A DNA stretch of 64,000 bases from an uncultured virus (IMG/VR IMGVR_UViG_3300011768_000001) (lineage: Duplodnaviria > Heunggongvirae > Uroviricota > Caudoviricetes): IMG/VR virus record IMGVR_UViG_3300011768_000001, positions 1 through 64,000 of that record, one strand, 5' to 3'. Below the pieces are notes generated by a model. It saw only the letters and a list, made by a program, of their open reading frames with translations, was not told the origin of the DNA and searched no databases. The position numbers and the translations under genes were made by a program. Shown here in pieces: positions 46,479 to 54,398 of this stretch (position 1 is the stretch's first letter; every line of letters starts with the position of its first letter).

Positions 46479-46691
46479 TTATGCTACAATGCCAGCAGTC
46501 TTAAGCTTGGCAAGGAATGCGTTCAGCTCTACAAGAAGAGCAGCAGTGTCAGCACCAGCAAAATTAGCTTGCGTGGTAGCTTTCTTTACAACACCAGCTT
46601 TGGTAGTAGTTGCAGCAGAAGTAGCAGAAGCTACAACAGCTTCAAGTTCACGAGTTGCTTCAATCCAGCCAGCTTTGGTTTCAACAGCCAT
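46479..46691 (-). CDS. Head fibre / decoration-like protein
   Basis: AATTTKAGVVKKA...N..L.KL..AGI motif. Confidence 0.7.
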   Translation of the reverse strand: MAVETKAGWIEATRELEAVVASATSAATTTKAGVVKKATTQANFAGADTAALLVELNAFLAKLKTAGIVA

Positions 46692-46738
46692 ATCTTAATT
46701 CCTTAAAATTGGGGCTATATTTCAAGCCCCTTATTTAA

Positions 46739-47809
46739 TTAAACGTCGAGGAACAGACGGATAATAGCAGCAGGATTCAGCAGGGCATTCAGGAAGTTCT
46801 GTTCGGTCATAATCTCAATGATGTCATCTTTTTCATTGAGGTATTCGAACCAGTAGCTACCTTGTGCTGCACGGTTGATCGAGCCAAAACGGTTAGCCGG
46901 GGCGTAGTAGGTTTTGAACAGATCACGAACACCAACAGGCATCATGTAAGCGTCACCTTCTGGAATGAAGGGTACAAACACACCAGCAGCATTCTCATAG
47001 CCAGCAGCACCAGCGTTGATGAAGGTGATACCGAACAGTGACATCTGCTCAAAACGTGCGTCGAGACCGGCTACATCAGCACCACCACGACCCAGAAGGA
47101 TATTGAGTGCTTGACCTTGATCAACATATTTGAATGCATCAGTTACGAAAGCATTCTGTTGCAGAGCCATGTAGAATGAGTCAGAGCAAAGAACTACAAA
47201 CGAACGTACAGTACCAGCTTGACCGTCGCGAAGACCATTACGAACCAGCTTCTTAGCGGCATTGAAAGCTGCACGGGGGTCAGAGGCACCAGCCAGATCA
47301 ACACCAAGCTCTTCACGAGTAATGCCAAACTCGGTGTAGTAGTTGGTAACTACAGTGCCACGAGGGGCATAGGCAGTACCTGTGGTGATCAATTGCATAC
47401 GAGCCGCTTCAAGGGTGAGAGCGTGAGTTTCACGCATGTCAATCATCTTATCAGCACGAACACTTGCAACAGTTTCCAGTTCAGCAAACTCAGCAAGCGA
47501 GCCAGCCACAGCAATCCCATCGACATCATTAGGGGTGATTGCATCATCAGCTGGGAAGTGTGGGATCTTCAGCAGCAGGGAATCGTGGCTGCGGCCAGCA
47601 ATAGTCTGATTCCGTTCGTCCCAGTTACGATCTTCCAGCAAAGTGTTGCGACGAGTACTACGAACAATTTCAATGTTCTTTTGGGTGCTGTAAGTTGGAG
47701 TAAACAGACCCAGGGCGTTAGTAATACCAACGGTGTTTGGGATAACAATCAGAGAATCGGTACGATCTACAACCTTACCGGGATTGTTGCGGTCAAGTAC
47801 AATGGCCAT
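46739..47809 (-). CDS. Major capsid protein (lambda E-like)
   Basis: IPHF..DD.I.P.D, H..TLE..R, FGI; follows decoration protein. Confidence 0.9.
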   Translation of the reverse strand: MAIVLDRNNPGKVVDRTDSLIVIPNTVGITNALGLFTPTYSTQKNIEIVRSTRRNTLLEDRNWDERNQTIAGRSHDSLLLKIPHFPADDAITPNDVDGIAVAGSLAEFAELETVASVRADKMIDMRETHALTLEAARMQLITTGTAYAPRGTVVTNYYTEFGITREELGVDLAGASDPRAAFNAAKKLVRNGLRDGQAGTVRSFVVLCSDSFYMALQQNAFVTDAFKYVDQGQALNILLGRGGADVAGLDARFEQMSLFGITFINAGAAGYENAAGVFVPFIPEGDAYMMPVGVRDLFKTYYAPANRFGSINRAAQGSYWFEYLNEKDDIIEIMTEQNFLNALLNPAAIIRLFLDV

Positions 47810-47829
47810 ATTATTTATAATTCCTTAGA

Positions 47830-48294
47830 TTAAACAGTTTCGAGAACTTGGATGCCTTGCTGTTCAAGCAGACCCTTAAGGGTTTCAACTTGAGCGTCGG
47901 TCAGAGCAGCACCGCCAACGTTTACAGCAGACTGAGCTACTTGTTTGATGTAGTATTCTTTGAGTTGCAGAGCACCCGAAGTACCAACAAAACCAACAGC
48001 GTTGTAACGACCAGCTGCAATTGCACGAGCAACAAACGATGGGTTGAAGCTAAAATGATCGCCGTAAACAACGGCAAATTCATTGGTCAGAACCAGAGGA
48101 GTAGCAGAGGCCAGTACAGTCCAAGGTGCAGTCAGATCAGCTGATTTAGCACGATAAACAACAGTACCAAGCTGAATAGGGGCAGCAATAGGTGTTACGT
48201 TAAGGTCACGACGGCTATAACCAACTGATGGGTCCATTTCATGAACCACGAGGTCAGAGAAGCGTTTTACAAAGGTTTGAGCAACGAAAGGCAT
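47830..48294 (-). CDS. Head decoration protein
   Basis: SDLV.HE...GYSR; position between protease and capsid. Confidence 0.8.
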   Translation of the reverse strand: MPFVAQTFVKRFSDLVVHEMDPSVGYSRRDLNVTPIAAPIQLGTVVYRAKSADLTAPWTVLASATPLVLTNEFAVVYGDHFSFNPSFVARAIAAGRYNAVGFVGTSGALQLKEYYIKQVAQSAVNVGGAALTDAQVETLKGLLEQQGIQVLETV

Positions 48295-48321
48295 AATTGT
48301 TTCCTTTATTATTTTCTAGAC

Positions 48322-49683
48322 TTAAGCCAAGCCAAGTTTTTGTTTAATTTTATCTTCGGTAGAAGTTTTAGCTTTCGAGGTAGTCTCTACAACGGCTTCA
48401 GTACCTTGGTCGCCAATCTCTGTAAACATCTCAGATGCTTCAAGAGCTTGTTTCTGTGCAGCAAAACCACTCAGAACAGTTTCAAATGCTGCATCATCAA
48501 GGCTGGACAGAGAGGCGCTAACACCCTCTACTTTCTCAGAACTCATAACAGCAGCAAGCTTGGACTTACGCGCGTCCATTTTTACAGCTACAGCGGCAGC
48601 TTCAGCAGAGGCCACAGCTTGTTTCATTTGTGCAACTTCTGAAAGCGCAGAAGCCAATGCAGTTTCTTTTTCACTGAGAAGTGAAGAAGCAGCTTCTAGT
48701 TTAGAGGTAAGTTCAGAAACACTCAATTGAGCGCCCTGAAGTTGTTCTTGCAGTTCGGCAAGTTGAGTCATTTCTAGAGTTTCCTCAGTTTTATTAAATT
48801 GGGTAAACAGTTTGTTTTTTAGCATACCACCTTCTTGTTTTTGAGCTGTATCAGCCAAATGTGTGTAAAACTCTTCAAGAGTCATAACACGGTCAGCTAG
48901 TCCAAGCTCAATAGCTTCTTTTGGTAAGAAGGTACGCGCCTGTGTGGACTTCACTGCTTCTACTGACAAGTTGCGATGTTCTGCAACAAACCCAGTAAAC
49001 TCTTCGTAAAGTGTGTCAACTTTACCTTGAATATCTTCCAAGAACTCTTTACGGAAATTACCATCAGCGTCAAATGGAATCTTGTCGTCACCGGCAGATA
49101 TGAAGGTACGTTCATAACCTTCTTTTTCAAGTGCCTTTGAATCATTCATCAATCGAACAAGAACACCAACACTACCAACTTCACTTGACGGTGCCATAAT
49201 CAATTCGTCAGCAATTACAGAAAGACCATAAGCTGCGGAAGCTGACAGACCGTCTACATAAGTGATAATACGAACATCATTTTCATGAGCTAACTTACGC
49301 ATGTAGTTTGCAGTTGGCATCATTTGAAATGCTTCGCCACCACCACTAGAGACGCTGAATGCAACAGTCTTTGCACCACTATCTACAAGGTAGGTGAAGT
49401 CTTCTTTAATCTGCTGGTATGATGCACCACCGCAATCAAAGCCCATAATTGTTACAGGCTTATAACTTAGAGGTCCATCGATGTTTAGAACAGCAACTCC
49501 GATATCTTTGTTATAAGAATATCGGGAATTAGCTTCACGAGAATCTTCCATACTAGAATCTAGTTTGAAATCTTCTGAGTTGCGTTGATTAAGATAAGAG
49601 ATAACAGTTTCAAATGATGCGGGATGCATTAGGTGAGGTGTGTTACAGATCTTTTCTTTCAGGCGTAAAAGTTGGTGAGACAT
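48322..49683 (-). CDS. Prohead protease (S49) with C-terminal scaffold
   Basis: SGGG, SASAAY, VGSVGV; long Ala/Glu coiled-coil C-terminus; AAGGAG SD before ATG 49683. Confidence 0.9.
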   Translation of the reverse strand: MSHQLLRLKEKICNTPHLMHPASFETVISYLNQRNSEDFKLDSSMEDSREANSRYSYNKDIGVAVLNIDGPLSYKPVTIMGFDCGGASYQQIKEDFTYLVDSGAKTVAFSVSSGGGEAFQMMPTANYMRKLAHENDVRIITYVDGLSASAAYGLSVIADELIMAPSSEVGSVGVLVRLMNDSKALEKEGYERTFISAGDDKIPFDADGNFRKEFLEDIQGKVDTLYEEFTGFVAEHRNLSVEAVKSTQARTFLPKEAIELGLADRVMTLEEFYTHLADTAQKQEGGMLKNKLFTQFNKTEETLEMTQLAELQEQLQGAQLSVSELTSKLEAASSLLSEKETALASALSEVAQMKQAVASAEAAAVAVKMDARKSKLAAVMSSEKVEGVSASLSSLDDAAFETVLSGFAAQKQALEASEMFTEIGDQGTEAVVETTSKAKTSTEDKIKQKLGLA

Positions 49684-49692
49684 CCTCACTCC

Positions 49693-51186
49693 TTATGTAT
49701 TTTCTGAGTTAGAAGTTGAGGAATCTCCACTGGAACCATTAGAACTTCCTGTCCCATTAGGCATTCCTTCCGCCATTCCAGCACCACTATTTGATGTCTC
49801 TGGAGTCAGCTCTTCAGCTAGTTCTGTAGCTGTAAGGTTATTGTCAACACGGTATGGAATGTCAGCTTGCTTCATAATCCAATTTACTACTTCTGGAGAC
49901 TTAGGCAGCATACCAACAGCAGCAACACGCTGTACAAACTTACCAAGTTCATCCAAAGATTCAGCACTTACAGCACCGTAGTCGAGAACAGGTAAAACAT
50001 CTGTATCCCAACCATTTAACTCGAACAGCTGCTTAATAAGATCATGGTTAAGTTGTGATTTGATTTCATCAAGCTTCGCTTGAATAGCCATTTCAACAAC
50101 GCTGATCTTAGACTCTGCAAGAGAGAAGCTACCACTGCCGTTGCTACCAAGAGAAAGGAAGTCAGCAAATAAGGCTGTTAGAATCTCTGATGTGTAGCGA
50201 TTAATAATAGCGTTTGTGTCGTAAGATTTCTGCCCTGTAATAGACTGAAACTCAAGTTCAAACATCTTATTACCATTACCATCTACCAACAACGGTAGAA
50301 TGATACCTGACTGTTTGGCTTGATGCATATTGGCAAGAATTTTCTTGTATTCTTCAAAAGCAGCTTTCTTGTCTTCTGAAGCATCTGCCACCATGTATTC
50401 AGGCGGAAGATAAAGAACTTTGAATCCATTAGAATCCTGTGCTACAGCGATAGCTTCACTCTCTTGGTAGGCTTGTTTATATTTCCAAGCTTGCCATGCA
50501 CCGTTAAGCGGCGAAGTACCAACAGGACTATCTTTAAGTGGGTTGTTTCGAAACAAAAGAAACTTCTTACGAGGAATCTTCTTTTCCATTGTTTGAGCGC
50601 TGGTTGTAGATACGAAATCCCAACCATTAGAGCTTTCAGTACCCGGCACCATTACATTTTGAATACAACCCGCAAGTTCACGACCGTTGTTCTTCCAATA
50701 CCACCGAGAAATACTATCTTGAGAGCGGATGGGAAGCTTCTTAATACCAATCAAACCATCGTTATATTTACTGCCATTCTCTTTCAAACGATAGCGAAAG
50801 ACTTTCTCGTGTACAGAGAAACCATAACGATTATAGGACACAACTTGTTTAATAAAGCTTTGGAAGTCAGTATCCATATCTTCAATACATTGACGTACAA
50901 AGTTAGCTTTATCTTTAAGCTTATCTTCATAACCTTCGGGAATCTTTACAGTCCAAGGCACACGAGCAATCATCATCTCGACAAGTTCGAGGGCTGGGGC
51001 AATAGCACCATCTTTAGCCATACGTTTGTAAGTGTTGATCGCTTCGGGCCAACGAAGTTCGTGAGAGCATTCTTCGAGGATTTGGCCACCTAGGGTTAGA
51101 AGACCACCATAAGCAGTTTCCCCCATGGTAATTGTAGGGGTTTCATTTTCCCCAGCCTCAAGGGAGACTTCAGTGTCTACAGCCAT
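49693..51186 (-). CDS. Portal protein (DUF935-like)
   Basis: Y..M..D..I, YGFS..E, GS.SL.E; position after terminase. Confidence 0.9.
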   Translation of the reverse strand: MAVDTEVSLEAGENETPTITMGETAYGGLLTLGGQILEECSHELRWPEAINTYKRMAKDGAIAPALELVEMMIARVPWTVKIPEGYEDKLKDKANFVRQCIEDMDTDFQSFIKQVVSYNRYGFSVHEKVFRYRLKENGSKYNDGLIGIKKLPIRSQDSISRWYWKNNGRELAGCIQNVMVPGTESSNGWDFVSTTSAQTMEKKIPRKKFLLFRNNPLKDSPVGTSPLNGAWQAWKYKQAYQESEAIAVAQDSNGFKVLYLPPEYMVADASEDKKAAFEEYKKILANMHQAKQSGIILPLLVDGNGNKMFELEFQSITGQKSYDTNAIINRYTSEILTALFADFLSLGSNGSGSFSLAESKISVVEMAIQAKLDEIKSQLNHDLIKQLFELNGWDTDVLPVLDYGAVSAESLDELGKFVQRVAAVGMLPKSPEVVNWIMKQADIPYRVDNNLTATELAEELTPETSNSGAGMAEGMPNGTGSSNGSSGDSSTSNSENT

Positions 51187-51197
51187 GTAATCTCCTA

Positions 51198-51311
51198 TTA
51201 GGTGAAGAGGTTTGGTCTAGTCAAGTTTGCTGAGACTAGGCCAGAGGTGAAGTTTGGAATTTGAATCTTTTGAGCTAGTGTAATAAAAGCATCACTAGTT
51301 GCGTCAACCTG
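51198..51311 (-). CDS. terL: Terminase large subunit, exon 3
   Basis: QVDATSDAFITLAQKIQIPNF...; completes the nuclease motif DD-QVDA. Confidence 0.9.
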   Translation of the reverse strand, partial: QVDATSDAFITLAQKIQIPNFTSGLVSANLTRPNLFT

Positions 51312-51549
51312 CATAATCTTAAATAAGATTCGTTATATCTTACCCAGCCGGGAAAGGCTGCTATATATCACTATATAGAGGAGACTATATCTTCAAACAA
51401 TTTTGTTTGCCCACCGCTTCGGGTCACTTGACCCTACTCCATTTCTGGATAGTCGTTACACGTTCTAGATTTCTCTAGCTTCGCTCGGTATTGTCTCTTA
51501 AGAGAGGTCCACCGAATTCAATGGGTTTATAGACGACCAAGGTTAGTAA
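51312..51549 (-). ncRNA. Group I intron TerL-I2 (238 nt, no ORF)
   Basis: P1 GACGAU/GUCGUC with U-G; P10 AACCU/AGGUU; P AAUUCGGUGGA, Q AAUACCGAGC, R GUGUAACGACUA, S AAGAUAUAGUC; terminal G 51312. Confidence 0.92.
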
Positions 51550-52767
51550 ATCGTCTTTATTTTTTCGACTTCCGTCAAACTGCTCTAATTCGTCGAAATA
51601 AATATCATTCCAAGCATCTTCTACGTAGTCAATAAGACCTGCCTCAGCTGCTGCTGCAAAAGGTTGGAATCGAACTACTTTAGACTTGTTAGTTGGACGC
51701 ATACGGGCATAAAATCCTTCTTCAAGGAGCTCTTTGATCATCATCTGACCCGCTGCTTTTCCGGCTTGGCCTGGCTCCTGCGGCAGTAGAATCTGAGTAC
51801 CTTCAGGATCTGACTTGGCGGTTTCAATGATACGTTGCATGACCTCACCAAACCTAGCTTTAAACCTAACCACATCTACAACAATATATCTTCCAGATTT
51901 TGTCTTCGCTATCAAAACACCAGCTGTTGCATCAGGATTTGGCATTGCCTCTGATGGTAAACTACCAGCGATATCCCACGCACGACAGTAAGAAATAATA
52001 TTCTGTTCGTGTAGTTTTACAGGAGTACAGAATTCTTTCTTAAAGAAGCCGCTTGTAGATTCTTTAGCATACCATGAACCGAGGTAAAGACGCTCCATCT
52101 CCACGCGCGGCATGTTCATAAGTTTGTGGGCGTAGGATGGGTCACGGCGAAGTAAAACTGGATTATCATGACAGTTTGCAGGTAGGAAAACGAATGACAT
52201 AGGACCACAGTTTTCACCATAGGTCGCAAGCAACTCTTCTTTTGATTCATTCCAAACCATCTGGTTGTCTATACGGATGAACCACATACGTTTACCGTCA
52301 CGGTCTTTACGAGGAAGGCCACGCTCATCCAAGTACCCTGCATCTTCTAGCCACTTACGAAGGTAGCTGTTGTAATCAGGGTTGGCTGTCATCATCATCA
52401 CAGGCTTCATTGGTGCTGCTGTACGCATCCTTGAGATGAAGTAAAGCACTTGACTTTCTTCAAATTGCTGAGCTTCGTCCACCAGAAATGCACTTACTTG
52501 CCAGCCTTGGAAGTTATGTTTATCTTTCTCTTGCTCACACCCCTTACAAACAATAGTGGCTTTATTAGGAAAAATAAATTTACTATCCTTGACTTTAAAT
52601 TGAGCGCCGAACTTTTGATAAATTTCTTGTCCAGTTTCTGCTGGACCGCCTGGGCCAGTCACCTGAACCATTGTTCTTCGTAGGATAACCCCGCGAAACT
52701 TTTCCATGACAGGATCTTGCGCCCATTGCAGAAAAGCCATGACACCTAAATAACTTTTACCACTACC
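51550..52767 (-). CDS. terL: Terminase large subunit, exon 2
   Basis: GSGKS, Walker B FLVDEA, TANP, RAWDIA; spliced product 476 aa. Confidence 0.95.
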
Positions 52768-53001
52768 CAAATACTTATGAAGTTCGTTAGACTTCCTTTC
52801 ATTACTGAAAGAATCGGACTATATCTTCAACCTTTCGGTTGCCCCCCGTTTCGATTGCACTTGCAACCTACTCTACTAAGTTCCGTATAAATACGTCTTT
52901 TCGATAGTCTCTGAACGTTACTTATTTCTAAGTCTTCGCTGCTGATTGTCTCTTTTGAGAGTTCCAGCAATTAGAGGGGTTTAACGCGACCCATAGTGTT
53001 A
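52768..53001 (-). ncRNA. Group I intron TerL-I1 (234 nt, no ORF)
   Basis: P1 GCGGCU/GGUCGC with U-G; P10 CACUAU/GUAGUG; P AAUUGCUGGAA, Q AAUCAGCAGC, R GUUCAGAGACUA, S AAGAUAUAGUCC; terminal G 52768. Confidence 0.92.
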
Positions 53002-53100
53002 AGCCGCGCCTCCGAAGAGGACTATATCATTTTCTGAAACCGCCTTAAGGAAGGCGGCTTGCTTGGGCGAGGCTGGAGCAATAATATTATCTTCAGACAT
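53002..53100 (-). CDS. terL: Terminase large subunit, exon 1
   Basis: MSEDNIIAPASPKQAAFLKAVSENDIVLFGGAA (Q-motif plus first half of Walker A). Confidence 0.9.
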
Positions 53101-53848
53101 ATCTGCCGTTTACCTTATCTAATGCACGAGCATTAACTGCACCTGCTGACTTATTTTCATACTCAGTCACAAACATGCAAAGCTCTCGTGAGTACACTTT
53201 GTTATCTGAAACTTTTAAATCTTTATCAAGATTGTATTTAAGTCCTGTCTCACTGGCATTAAGCCACATTTCAAAGTTTTCAAGTTTTGAAATATCTGTG
53301 AGAAAGTTTGCAAAACAGTGCCAACGGGCATCAACAAAGCAACGACCAAAATATCCCATATAATCTTTCGGGTTGTAGCAACGCTTCATCATATTAGACC
53401 AGAGCTGTTTAGCTTGTTTCCAATAAGGAAGGTGTTCATACTCACCTATATACCCAATATCTAGGAATGTTTTACTATAAGGATCTGAAATCTTACCTTT
53501 ACGTACATTATGAATTTCAACAGTAGTTGTATATCCAGTTTCGTTAAACTGAACAATACATTTGTTGGCTTTCTTGCTGATGATTTTACCGCTGAACCCA
53601 GCATTATTGGTAAAGTCTTCATCCCAGGGTTGCCAATCATGTGTGTTTACTCGGGGTAAACTAAAATCCCTTACCTTTCCAGCAAGCACATTACCCGCTT
53701 CGGCAATTGTTTCGTACCCGGTGTTAACAAACCTAACACGCAGCTTCTTACTTTCCTCAGCCCGTCCCAGCACCTCAAGTGTACCATAGCCATTTGACTC
53801 ATAGAACTGATCATAAGTTTTTCGATAACTTCCAACTTTGTTAGCCAT
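53093..53848 (-). CDS. Free-standing HNH-like homing endonuclease overlapping the terL start
   Basis: Two N-terminal repeats (V.F..TGY......NV..GK..D), WSNMMKRCY, W..F.NF, LDKD, NKVYS...C.FV...N. Confidence 0.8.
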   Translation of the reverse strand: MANKVGSYRKTYDQFYESNGYGTLEVLGRAEESKKLRVRFVNTGYETIAEAGNVLAGKVRDFSLPRVNTHDWQPWDEDFTNNAGFSGKIISKKANKCIVQFNETGYTTTVEIHNVRKGKISDPYSKTFLDIGYIGEYEHLPYWKQAKQLWSNMMKRCYNPKDYMGYFGRCFVDARWHCFANFLTDISKLENFEMWLNASETGLKYNLDKDLKVSDNKVYSRELCMFVTEYENKSAGAVNARALDKVNGRYV

Positions 53849-53887
53849 GTGAATTCTCCCATGCTACTTTAATTAAATTTTATTTGC

Positions 53888-54259
53888 TTACTTCACATCA
53901 TCTTTAACTTGAGGATCATCGCCACCAAAGGCAGCTTTCAGATACTGACTTGTCATAACACTGCGGTCACGTCCACCAATCCCGTGCTTCTTCTTTACTA
54001 CGGCTTTGAACTCGGACCACTCCATAGCATCAAGCTGTTCTTTAGTAAAGTTTTCTTGCATGATCTGAAACTGAAATCCAGGTTTATTTTCCATCAAGTC
54101 TTTTGTCTTGAGATACATCCAAGCTGAGTGAGGAAACCTCAGACCTGGAACTTTATCTTCTTCAAGAACAGCGCCTTTATTAGCTAGCTCTACGACGTTC
54201 TTGATGAAGCTATATCCGATGGAGTCATTACCTGTAACTAGAACTTTATATTCATTCAT
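53888..54259 (-). CDS. Hypothetical protein
   Basis: GGAGAG SD; own promoter upstream. Confidence 0.75.
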   Translation of the reverse strand: MNEYKVLVTGNDSIGYSFIKNVVELANKGAVLEEDKVPGLRFPHSAWMYLKTKDLMENKPGFQFQIMQENFTKEQLDAMEWSEFKAVVKKKHGIGGRDRSVMTSQYLKAAFGGDDPQVKDDVK

Positions 54260-54294
54260 TTAATCTCTCCGATGTTTCTTGTCTTAATGAGAGA

Positions 54295-54323
54295 AGAATA
54301 CCAAATAAAATTTTCAAAGTCAA
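54295..54323 (-). promoter_or_regulatory. Sigma70-like promoter
   Basis: TTGACT-N17-TATTCT with extended TG. Confidence 0.55.
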
Positions 54324-54398
54324 TAGTTTTAATAAATATTTTCAACTATTTTAATAGATTCATTGTATAGCTCTATATTTCAAGAGCTATATGTCAAT

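Noticed and set aside
47219..47833. Long antisense ORFs such as 47219..47833, 50464..51093 and 29402..29692
   Set aside because: Shadow frames opposite strongly biased structural genes; no SD or recognisable motifs.
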